Shown here: positions 24,135 to 32,000 of the stretch, piece by piece
Numbering within the stretch: the stretch's first letter is position 1
Layout of the letters: each line of letters opens with the position of its first letter
DNA from: Synechococcus sp. PCC 7336
GTDB taxonomy: Bacteria; Cyanobacteriota; Cyanobacteriia; Thermostichales; PCC-7336
Direction of reading: 5' to 3'
DNA: 32,000 nucleotides
NCBI RefSeq assembly: GCF_000332275.1
Contig: NZ_CM001776.1
Span: 2,096,789 to 2,128,788 of the forward strand
Translations under genes and position numbers: made by a program
Notes under the pieces: generated by a model
What the model saw: the letters and a program-made list of their open reading frames with translations, nothing else
What the model was told of the DNA's origin: nothing
Database searches by the model: none

Positions 24135-24386
24135 TCAGCCCTGGGTTTCAGGCCAATTAGCGTTCACGACTGATTTATGACTGCTATATGCCAATGCTTT
24201 TTCTTCTACAGTAGTGCTGGCCCTCAGGAGCAAAACTGTACTCGTAACACAAGCTGTCAAAATAACTGCAACGCTCAAACCAACTGCGCTCAAGAAAAGT
24301 GTCAATTTCTGGATACGCCTGATTCTGGCATCCCTGGGATCTTCCTTCTTAATGAAACGTGAGTTCGACAAGGGACTGGCCCCCAT
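24135..24386 (-). CDS. Possible small single-pass membrane protein (hypothetical)
   Basis: 83-aa ORF with one clear TM (LTLFLSAVGLSVAVILTACV) after a basic N-terminus. It lies in a lower-GC patch and has no recognisable family. Its 5' end abuts the C-tract repeat. Confidence 0.3.
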   Translation of the reverse strand: MGASPLSNSRFIKKEDPRDARIRRIQKLTLFLSAVGLSVAVILTACVTSTVLLLRASTTVEEKALAYSSHKSVVNANWPETQG

Positions 24387-24605
24387 CCCCTAACCCCTTT
24401 CCCCAATTTTGATGCTGCTGGCGAAATTCATATTCCGAAACATTGGCCATTTGTCTAGATGCCTGTGGCCCCCTTCCCCTAACCCCTACCCCCAACTTTG
24501 GGGGCAGGGGAACAAGGCCCCGTAAGGATTTTCGGCTGTTTCTCCCCTCTCCCAAATTTACGGCTGACGCCACGCTTCGCGAGGGGAGAGGGGCCGGGGG
24601 TGAGG
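24377..24605. repeat. Cluster of C-tract/G-tract repeats: two 34-nt direct copies plus two imperfect palindromes
   Basis: 24377-24410 and 24466-24499 are 30/34 identical (TGGCCCCC.TCCCCTAACCCCT..CCCCAA.TTT). CCCCTACCCCCA-ACTT-TGGGGGCAGGGG lies at 24483-24510. CCCCTCTCCC...GGGAGAGGGG flanks a ~30-nt centre within 24542-24605 and is followed by CCGGGGGTGAGGG. Confidence 0.75.
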
Positions 24606-24798
24606 GCAATGCAGAGTCATCGAACTCAGGTTTAATGAAAGACAGCTCCGATGCTTGAAGTATTTTTCCTAAATCTACGATCGGCTTTTGTTCTGAGGGA
24701 TGCTCGCTCTCGTCAGTCACACCTAAATCCCTGTCACCTCGGTCACCAGCGCGTCGGCATGCTCTTCAGATACGGCACCAAATCTCTGGCCCTTGTGC

Positions 24799-26022
24799 TT
24801 AGCTTCCACTGCTACCTTTCAGGCAGTGCCAGCAGTCTCGTGCGATCGCCCAATCCTCTTGGGTATGAATCACCAGAACCCGTACGGCAGACTCAGCGGT
24901 CGCAATATCTCGATCGCCCGTACAATTTTCATTCTTAGCGAGATCTAGCTTCAACCCCAAAAACCCTAGGGCCTCACAGGTTGCAGCGCGAACGAAGGCT
25001 GAATGCTCCCCAATTCCTGCAGTGAAGACAATTGCATCGACTCCGCCCAAGCTCATTAACATTGCGCCCAGACAAGATTTTAAACGGTGGAGGTAGATGT
25101 CCAAAGCCAGTTTGGCTCGCTTGTTGCCTCGCTCGATCGCCCGCTCGATCTCTCGTAGATCGTGGGAAATTCCAGAAATCCCTTTCAGGCCAGATTCCCG
25201 ATTCAGCAGGCGATCTAACTCATCCGCCGAATAGCCTTGTCGCATCAAATGAATCAAGATACCGGGATCGACCGCTCCCGAGCGGGTTCCCATCATCAAG
25301 CCATCCAAAGGGGTAAAACCCATCGTGGTATCGATGCTGCGACCGTTCTCAATCGCCGTTAGAGAACATCCATTGCCCAAATGACAGACGATGAGGCGCA
25401 GCTCGGCTAAGTCTCGATCCAAGATGCGAGCCGCCTGCGAAGCACAGTATTGGTGGCTAATGCCGTGAAACCCATAGCGGCGAATCCCCCGTTCGAGCCA
25501 GTCATAGGGACCGGGATAGGTGGCGGCGACATCGGGGATATGACTGTGAAAAGCAGTGTCGAATACAGCAACTTGAGGAAGATTGCCCAAAATCTGCTCC
25601 ATCAGCTCAATCCCCTCTAAATTGGCTGGATTGTGGGCGGGTGCCAGGGAACTCAGACGAGCGATCGCCGCTTTGACAGCGGGCGTCACAACAACACTGG
25701 CTCGATAAGCTCGACCGCCATGCACGACTCGATGGCCCACCCCATCAATTTCTTGCGGGCTTTGGATGACGCGAGTCGATCCCTGCCAAAGCATATTCAA
25801 CAGATGGGAAAGTGTTTCAGGTCGAGAGGCAGAATGGAGTTTTTCTGCTAATTTCTCCCCTCGCTCTGTCTTCACAAACAGCGTTGCGACATCGTCTTGG
25901 GAATGCCAATCAATCTGAGCCTCCCAAACCGGAGCGGGGGGCTGTTCCGGGACTGTCCCCCGAATGCTGTACAAGCAACTTTTCTGGCTGCTGGAGCCTG
26001 CATTGAGAACCAAAATCTTCAT
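24799..26022 (-). CDS. ackA: Acetate kinase
   Basis: MKILVLNAGSSSQK, HRVVHGG, FDTAFH, RYGFHGISHQY, CHLGNGCS, GFTPLDGLMMGTRSG, and IVFTAGIGEHS. Confidence 0.95.
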   Translation of the reverse strand: MKILVLNAGSSSQKSCLYSIRGTVPEQPPAPVWEAQIDWHSQDDVATLFVKTERGEKLAEKLHSASRPETLSHLLNMLWQGSTRVIQSPQEIDGVGHRVVHGGRAYRASVVVTPAVKAAIARLSSLAPAHNPANLEGIELMEQILGNLPQVAVFDTAFHSHIPDVAATYPGPYDWLERGIRRYGFHGISHQYCASQAARILDRDLAELRLIVCHLGNGCSLTAIENGRSIDTTMGFTPLDGLMMGTRSGAVDPGILIHLMRQGYSADELDRLLNRESGLKGISGISHDLREIERAIERGNKRAKLALDIYLHRLKSCLGAMLMSLGGVDAIVFTAGIGEHSAFVRAATCEALGFLGLKLDLAKNENCTGDRDIATAESAVRVLVIHTQEDWAIARDCWHCLKGSSGS

Positions 26023-26028
26023 GGCCGC

Positions 26029-26667
26029 TCACGTTCCCGCTCGATTGCGAAGCTCTTCTGGCAGATGGGAGCGATCGCCCAATCGCTGCAGTAAAGGGCC
26101 GTGGCGATCGAACTTCACTAAACTGACCGAAGCCACAGGCATCTCGATGCGATCGCGATAGCGGCCTAAATCAATCCCGAGGAGGCTGCAGAGAAGAATC
26201 CGAATCGTGGTTTTGTGGGAGACAACCAGGACATTGCCCGTCGTAAATTTATCCTCAATTTCTGCGATCGCCAGCGAGGCGCGGCTGGCAACCTGAACCC
26301 CCGTCTCGCCGCCCGTCGGGGGATTCCAGGCTGGTTCTGTGAGCCAACGAACGTAATCGTCAGGATAGTGTTCTCGCACGTAGTCCGGCATTCGATCTTC
26401 CCATTCTCCAAAATGCATTTCTTTCAGTCCCTCTCGAATTTGCAGATCGACACCAGCCGCCTCGCACAAGGACTTAGCCGTCGTGACGGTGCGTTGCATC
26501 GGACTGGCAAAAATAGCTGACCAAGGTACTGCCCGATAGGCATCGGCGAAGGCTTGTGCCATTTGTAAACCCGCTGGTGTCAGTCCTGGGTCGAGAGCGC
26601 CGCAGTAGCCGCCGGTCTGGCTGTGGGTGGTTTCGCCATGCCGCAAAAAATAGAGACTCAGACTCAT
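26029..26667 (-). CDS. Histidine phosphatase family protein (phosphoglycerate-mutase-like)
   Basis: LYFLRHGETTHS is the RHG catalytic motif, with a later VVSHKTTIRIL (the H of the second catalytic site). The track start at 26679 is a TTG, so I prefer the ATG at 26667. Its stop lies 6 nt before the ackA ATG. Confidence 0.85.
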   Translation of the reverse strand: MSLSLYFLRHGETTHSQTGGYCGALDPGLTPAGLQMAQAFADAYRAVPWSAIFASPMQRTVTTAKSLCEAAGVDLQIREGLKEMHFGEWEDRMPDYVREHYPDDYVRWLTEPAWNPPTGGETGVQVASRASLAIAEIEDKFTTGNVLVVSHKTTIRILLCSLLGIDLGRYRDRIEMPVASVSLVKFDRHGPLLQRLGDRSHLPEELRNRAGT

Positions 26668-26686
26668 GATTGGGTTCAATCCCTTG

Positions 26687-29221
26687 CTAGCGAACGTTTA
26701 AGACAGCGTTGGCCTGAACGTAATTCTGAAGTTGAACCGGAACGGGCTGAACCTGCCAGATTTTCTCGGCGTACTCCCGAATGGAACGATCTGACGAGAA
26801 CTTGCCCATTCGAGCCGTATTCAGAATAGACATGCGAGTCCAATGTTCTGCATCGCGATAGGCTTGGCTCACCTGCTCTTGGCATTCGATATAGGACTGA
26901 TAGTCGGCGAGGAGGAAATAGGGATCGCGATCGAGTAACTTATCGAGGAGGGGGCGGAATAAGTCGCGATCGCCGTGGGAGAAATAGCCGGACTCGATCC
27001 GAGCCACGGCTTCCTTCAGTTCGGGGTTGCGATCGCAGTAGTGACGCGGACAATAGCCCCGATCTTGCAATTGAGCGATCCCTTCAACAGAGAGACCAAA
27101 CAGACAGAAATTCTCCGCCCCAACAGACTCGCGAATTTCGATATTGGCTCCGTCGAGGGTGCCAATGGTGAGAGCCCCGTTGAGGGAAAACTTCATGTTG
27201 CCCGTGCCCGAGGCTTCTTTGCCTGCGGTGGAAATTTGTTCCGACAAGTCTGCGGATGGGTAGACCAGCTGACTGTTCTTGACGTTATAGTCTGGCAGAA
27301 ACACCACTTTGAGGCGATCGCGAACATCCGGGTCTCGATTGACGACATCGCCCACAGAAGTAATGAGCTTAATGACGAGCTTCGCCATGAAATATCCCGG
27401 CGCAGCCTTGCCGCCAAAGATAAACGTCCGCGCTGGCATATCGAGATCGAGATTGTGCTTGAGGCGATTGTAGAGGGTGATGATGTGCAGAACGTTGAGA
27501 TGCTGGCGCTTGTACTCGTGGATGCGCTTCACCTGAATATCGAACATCGAATCTGGGTTGACCGCGATCCCCGTGCGGTCCAGGATGCGCTGGGCGAGTG
27601 CCTGCTTGTTCGCCTGTTTGACCTGCCGCCACTCTGCTCGAAAGGCCGAGTCAGCTGCGAAGGCTTCTAGTTTTTTGAGGTCTTCTAAATGGACTATCCA
27701 GCGATCGCCAATGGTGCGAGTGATTAGGTCGGTCAGCCTGGGGTTACTCAAAACCATCCAGCGTCGCGGCGTGACGCCGTTGGTCACATTGATGATTTTT
27801 TCGGGCCAAAGTTCGTGAAAGTCTTGCAGCACAGTTTGCTCGAGCAACTCGCTGTGGAGTGCGGCAACGCCGTTAATGCGATGGCTGCCGATACAGGCTA
27901 GGTGAGCCATGCGCACGTATCTTTCACCACTTTCGTCAATCAAAGACAGCCGCGAGAGTTTTCCCATGTCATTGATGTACTTCACCCGAATCCAATCCAA
28001 AAATCGTCGGTTGATTTCGTAGACAATTTCTAGATGTCTGGGCAGCAGGCGTCCAAACAGACTGAGGGGCCACTTTTCTAACGCTTCGGGCAGGAGCGTA
28101 TGGTTGGTGTAGGCAAAGGTTTTTTGGGTAACATCCCAAGCCAGCTCCCAATCGAGATGGTGCTCGTCCACTAACAACCGCATCAGTTCGGCCACGCCAA
28201 TGGCAGGATGGGTGTCATTGAGCTGTACGGCAAATCGTTCGTGAAAGCGCTCTAGATCCCCCCCGGTTGCAAGATGTATGCGAATCATGTCTTGCAGCGC
28301 ACAGGAAACGAAAAAATACTGCTGCCCCAAGCGCAACTGCTTGCCTTGAACGGGTTCGTCATTGGGGTAAAGCACCTTGGTGAAATTCTCTGACACCACC
28401 TTTTGGTTCACAGCCCCGTAATAATTCCCGACATTAAAGGCATTAAAGTCGAAGGACTCGGGCGCTTCTGCTTTCCAGAGGCGCAATGTATTGGCTGTGT
28501 TGACCCGATAGCCCAGAATGGGCGTGTCGTAGGGAATGCCTTTGACCACTTGGTGCGGCACCCAACGCACTCGATAGTGTCCTGCTTCATCTGTATAGGT
28601 TTCTGTATAGCCTGCAAAATTCACCAGCACTGAGGATTCTGGGCGGGGGATCTCCCAAGGATTGCCAAACTGCAGCCACTTATCGGTAATCTCCGCCTGC
28701 CAGCCATCGCGAATTTCTTGGTCGAAAATGCCGAATTCGTAGCGGATGCCGTAGCCAATGGCCGGAATCTCCAGCGTTGCCAGAGAGTCCATATAGCAGG
28801 CCGCCAAGCGCCCCAGGCCGCCATTCCCCAAACCCGGTTCCTCTTCCTGCTCCAGCAACGCTTCCAGATCGAGCCCAGACTCGATAACGGCCTGTTTGAC
28901 GCGATCGTAAATGCCTAAATTGATTGCGTTATTCCCCAGGTGAGGTCCCTCCAGAAATTCGGCAGAGAGATAGGCAACGACCTTGACGTCGGGCTGCATG
29001 TAGGTCTGCACTGTGGCAATCCAGCGCTGCAGGAGGCGATCGCGCACGGTGTAGGCCAGCGCCATGTAGTAGTCATTCAGAGTCGCAATCTCTGGAAACT
29101 TGCCCTGGATGTAAAACAGGTTATCGGCGATCGCCCGCCGCAAAGTTTCAATGCCCAGACCGGTGCGATCGTCCTCGATTTGGACGGTCGGTTGCGCGTC
29201 TATATTCTTAGAGCTTGTCAC
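26687..29221 (-). CDS. glgP: Glycogen/alpha-glucan phosphorylase
   Basis: EDDRTGLGIETLRRAIADNLFY, GLGNGGLGRLAAC, NDTHPA, and EASGTGNMKFSLNGALTIGTLDGANIEI (the PLP-Lys region). I prefer the GTG at 29221, 9 nt after AAGGAGA. The maximal ORF starts at the ATG at 29284, whose extra 21 residues look non-native. Confidence 0.93.
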   Translation of the reverse strand: MTSSKNIDAQPTVQIEDDRTGLGIETLRRAIADNLFYIQGKFPEIATLNDYYMALAYTVRDRLLQRWIATVQTYMQPDVKVVAYLSAEFLEGPHLGNNAINLGIYDRVKQAVIESGLDLEALLEQEEEPGLGNGGLGRLAACYMDSLATLEIPAIGYGIRYEFGIFDQEIRDGWQAEITDKWLQFGNPWEIPRPESSVLVNFAGYTETYTDEAGHYRVRWVPHQVVKGIPYDTPILGYRVNTANTLRLWKAEAPESFDFNAFNVGNYYGAVNQKVVSENFTKVLYPNDEPVQGKQLRLGQQYFFVSCALQDMIRIHLATGGDLERFHERFAVQLNDTHPAIGVAELMRLLVDEHHLDWELAWDVTQKTFAYTNHTLLPEALEKWPLSLFGRLLPRHLEIVYEINRRFLDWIRVKYINDMGKLSRLSLIDESGERYVRMAHLACIGSHRINGVAALHSELLEQTVLQDFHELWPEKIINVTNGVTPRRWMVLSNPRLTDLITRTIGDRWIVHLEDLKKLEAFAADSAFRAEWRQVKQANKQALAQRILDRTGIAVNPDSMFDIQVKRIHEYKRQHLNVLHIITLYNRLKHNLDLDMPARTFIFGGKAAPGYFMAKLVIKLITSVGDVVNRDPDVRDRLKVVFLPDYNVKNSQLVYPSADLSEQISTAGKEASGTGNMKFSLNGALTIGTLDGANIEIRESVGAENFCLFGLSVEGIAQLQDRGYCPRHYCDRNPELKEAVARIESGYFSHGDRDLFRPLLDKLLDRDPYFLLADYQSYIECQEQVSQAYRDAEHWTRMSILNTARMGKFSSDRSIREYAEKIWQVQPVPVQLQNYVQANAVLNVR

Positions 29222-29309
29222 GGTACGTTTTCTCCTTGCCTTCCCTAGCAATAACAGAGCGAGGGAAGCTGAGCCATGGCTCAACTTCCCCGCCTCCAGC
29301 TTGCGAACA

Positions 29310-31724
29310 TTAGCTAAAGGGCCACTTCCAGTCGATCATTTCGGGCTTATCCATCCCGTGGGTAAATGCGTAGTGGGTGTGCTCGATAATCGCGTTTTTC
29401 ATGCGCTCTTTGACATAAGCGGCACGGGAACGCAGAGAGGGCACGCGGTCAATGACATCGATGACTAAATTGAAGCGATCGATTTGATTTTCAATCGCCA
29501 GTTCCAGAGGCGTGTTGATATTGCCCTCTTCCTTATAGCCGCGCACGTGAATGCGCTCTTGATTGCTGCGGCGATAGACCAATTTGTGAATTAACCAAGG
29601 ATAGCCGTGGAAGTTAAAGATGATAGGTTTATCGGGCGTAAACAGCGTATCGAAGTCGCGGTTCGACAAGCCGTGGGGGTGCTCGCGCTCGTCCACTAGA
29701 GTCAGTAAATCGACGACGTTGATAAATCGAACCGCGAGCTCGGGGAACTCTTCCCGCAGAATGGCCGTAGCTGCCAGTGACTCCATCGTCGGAATATCGC
29801 CACAGCAGGCCATGACAACATCTGGCACGTCAGGAGCGGTACCGCAATCGTCGTTGCTCGCCCATTCCCAGATGCCCAGCCCCTTAGTGCAATGGGCGAT
29901 CGCCTCCTCCATCGTCAAATACTGCAAGTGCTTCTGCTTGTCAGACACAATGATGTTGACGTAGTCCCGACTGCGCAGGCAGTGATCCGCCACTGATAGT
30001 AGGCAGTTGGCGTCGGGTGGAAAGTAGACGCGCACGACATCGGCACTCTTGTTGGTGACCAGATCGATGTAGCCCGGATCTTGGTGGCTGAAGCCATTGT
30101 GATCCTGTCTCCACACGGTTGAAGAGAGCATGATATTGAGGGAGGCAACGGGAGCGCGCCAAGGAACGTCTTTCTTGCAAATATCCAACCACTTGGCGTG
30201 CTGGTTGAACATCGAGTCCACCACGTGAGCGAAGGCTTCGTAGGTATGGAAGAAGCCGTGCCGTCCCGACAGCAGGTAACCTTCCAACCAGCCCTGCAAG
30301 GTGTGCTCGCTGAGCATCTCCATCACCCGACCGTCTGGAGACAGTTCGCCGCCGTCTTCGTCCTCCGGCAAATAATCGGCCATCCAGGTCTTTTTACTGA
30401 CTTCATAAATGGATTGCAGGCGGTTGGAGGCTGTTTCGTCCGGGCCGAATACGCGGAAGTTCTCCATGTTTTTGCGCATCACTTCCCGCAGGAAGTCGCC
30501 GAGTACGCGAGTATTCTCCACTTCAACGGTGCCCGGTTGGGGGATCTCGACAGCCAGCTCGCGGAAGTCGGGCATGCGCAGTTCCTTGCGCACCCTGCCG
30601 CCATTGGCGATCGGATTGTCGCTCATGCGGCGATCGCCCTTGGGAGCCAATTCCTTCAGTTCGGACAGCAGCGTGCCGTTGGCGTCAAACAGCTCCTCGG
30701 GCTTGTAGCCCTTCATCCAAGTTTCCAGCATTTCTAGGTGCTGCGGGTTGCTGTGCATTCCTCCCATCGGTACTTGATGAGCCCGCCAAAACCCTTCCAC
30801 CTTGTGACCGTCCACCTCTTGAGGCCCCGTCCAGCCTTTAGGCGTGCGGAGGACAATCATCGGCCAGCGGGGACGTTTAGCGACGCCCGTACTGCGAGCT
30901 TCTGCCTGAATAGAGCGAATCTGGCTGATGCACTCTTCCATAACAGAAGCCATCTTCTGGTGCATCAGTTCTGGGTCGTCCCCCTCAACCACATAGGGGG
31001 TGTAACCGTAGCCTCTGAACAAACTGTCCAGTTCTTCCGACGAAATCCTGGCCAGGATGGTGGGGTTAGCAATTTTGTAGCCGTTCAGGTTGAGGATGGG
31101 CAAAACAGCCCCGTCGCGAATGGGGTTGAGAAATTTGTTGGAGTGCCAAGCCGTAGCCAGGGGGCCAGTCTCGGCTTCGCCATCCCCCACAACGACAGCA
31201 ACAACGAGGTCGGGATTGTCGAACGCAGCTCCGTAGGCGTGAGCGAGGCTGTAACCCAGCTCGCCGCCCTCGTGGATGGAACCGGGCAGTTCGGGGGTGC
31301 AGTGGCTGCCAATGCCGCCAGGGAAGGAGAACCACTGAAAGAGGTTTTTCAGACCCTCTTCGTCTTCGCTCTTATCGGGATAGACCTCGGAATAGGTTCC
31401 CTCCAAATAAACGGGCCCAATTACTCCCGGAGCACCGTGACCGGGGCCAGCCATGAAGATGGCATTTAGGTCGTATTGATTAATCAGTCGATTGAGGTGT
31501 ATATAGGAAAAGCTCAAGGCAGGAGATGCACCCCAATGTCCGAGCAGTCGTCGTTTAACGTGCTCGGGGCGCAATGGCTCCTTCAAGAGAGGATTCTCTT
31601 GCAAATAAATCATGCCAGCCGCGAGATAGTTGCAAGCTCGCCAGTAAGCGTCAATTTTGCGCAACTCATCTTTAGCGAGCGCCACTGGCATAGAAATTGC
31701 TTTTGGATTGGGGGCTTGAACCAT
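29310..31724 (-). CDS. xfp: Xylulose-5-phosphate/fructose-6-phosphate phosphoketolase
   Basis: [57 protein letters not shown] and [13 protein letters not shown] are phosphoketolase signatures. Preferred start is MVQAPNP (complement of 31722-31724), 7 nt after GGAGAG. The maximal ORF starts at 31757. Confidence 0.95.
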   Translation of the reverse strand: MVQAPNPKAISMPVALAKDELRKIDAYWRACNYLAAGMIYLQENPLLKEPLRPEHVKRRLLGHWGASPALSFSYIHLNRLINQYDLNAIFMAGPGHGAPGVIGPVYLEGTYSEVYPDKSEDEEGLKNLFQWFSFPGGIGSHCTPELPGSIHEGGELGYSLAHAYGAAFDNPDLVVAVVVGDGEAETGPLATAWHSNKFLNPIRDGAVLPILNLNGYKIANPTILARISSEELDSLFRGYGYTPYVVEGDDPELMHQKMASVMEECISQIRSIQAEARSTGVAKRPRWPMIVLRTPKGWTGPQEVDGHKVEGFWRAHQVPMGGMHSNPQHLEMLETWMKGYKPEELFDANGTLLSELKELAPKGDRRMSDNPIANGGRVRKELRMPDFRELAVEIPQPGTVEVENTRVLGDFLREVMRKNMENFRVFGPDETASNRLQSIYEVSKKTWMADYLPEDEDGGELSPDGRVMEMLSEHTLQGWLEGYLLSGRHGFFHTYEAFAHVVDSMFNQHAKWLDICKKDVPWRAPVASLNIMLSSTVWRQDHNGFSHQDPGYIDLVTNKSADVVRVYFPPDANCLLSVADHCLRSRDYVNIIVSDKQKHLQYLTMEEAIAHCTKGLGIWEWASNDDCGTAPDVPDVVMACCGDIPTMESLAATAILREEFPELAVRFINVVDLLTLVDEREHPHGLSNRDFDTLFTPDKPIIFNFHGYPWLIHKLVYRRSNQERIHVRGYKEEGNINTPLELAIENQIDRFNLVIDVIDRVPSLRSRAAYVKERMKNAIIEHTHYAFTHGMDKPEMIDWKWPFS

Positions 31725-31760
31725 TTTCCGTCTCTCCTTGAAGATGCTGCCAGTCATGAA

Positions 31761-31780
31761 GCTTTCTAGATCTAGAAAGC
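31761..31780. promoter_or_regulatory. Perfect 20-bp palindrome GCTTTCTAGA|TCTAGAAAGC upstream of xfp
   Basis: Verified base by base. It lies 37-56 nt upstream of the preferred xfp start and 4 nt upstream of the alternative ATG. It could be an operator for a dimeric regulator or an 8-bp/4-nt-loop RNA hairpin. Confidence 0.6.
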
Positions 31781-32000
31781 AACAGTGTTTGTTTGAGAGG
31801 AAGTCTGAAAGTCAACTCGAGATCGCAATTATTTAACCTAAATCGATCCATTTACATACTGAAACTCTTGCTCCCTAATTGGGAAATAAGATCTTCAAGT
31901 TCGGCATAGGGACTGTTCAGACGTCCGTCGAGCCAAAATCAAGATAAATTACTTTTTGTAACAGAGTGCAAAGGCTTAATAAAATAGTAAGCATTCGCAA

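Noticed and set aside
24349-24720. 123-aa minus-strand ORF rich in P/G/R.
   Set aside because: Its central part is encoded entirely by the C/G-tract repeat cluster. It has no recognisable domain or SD and overlaps the 24135-24386 ORF. It is more likely non-coding.
26975-27670. 231-aa plus-strand ORF antisense to glgP, and similar ORFs at 30198-31469 antisense to xfp.
   Set aside because: They are antisense to highly conserved enzymes. Long antisense ORFs are expected in this composition.

Overview
This looks like a cyanobacterial chromosomal segment. The HIP1 octamer GCGATCGC is scattered throughout, and ictB, crtH, DUF3084 and DUF29 are cyanobacteria-typical genes. I support about 27 protein genes and found no rRNA, tRNA or CRISPR array. 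Left to right the window holds:
- ictB (partial, runs off the left edge) and a small secreted PPC-like protein.
- A translationally coupled pair: a pentapeptide-repeat protein with an unassigned C-terminal alpha/beta domain, then a membrane-anchored P-loop GTPase.
- A PIG-V-like GT-C glycosyltransferase.
- A small accessory islet: an RHH/RelE toxin-antitoxin pair, a complete IS200/IS605 element (divergent tnpA/tnpB with matching subterminal hairpins), and DUF29.
- A conserved hypothetical and a long-form ferredoxin-type sulfite/nitrite reductase, whose upstream region carries a perfect 4 x 17-nt tandem repeat.
- Cyclophilin, then a DUF3084 / YqgF-like / solute-binding-protein operon, then mscS.
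- A small basic-tailed protein, PIN-PhoH2, crtH, a stand-alone FHA protein, a GT39 glycosyltransferase and coaD.
- A C/G-tract repeat cluster.
- A tightly packed minus-strand operon, xfp-glgP-histidine phosphatase-ackA, headed by a perfect 20-bp palindrome.

Best follow-up candidates:
1. The pentapeptide/alpha-beta-domain + GTPase cassette.
2. The glycogen-to-acetate operon and its palindromic operator-like site.
3. The 17-nt repeat array upstream of the reductase.
4. The apparently intact TnpB with its predicted omega-RNA.

All functional calls rest on motif recognition in translated ORFs and on my own reading of the DNA. No database search was possible.
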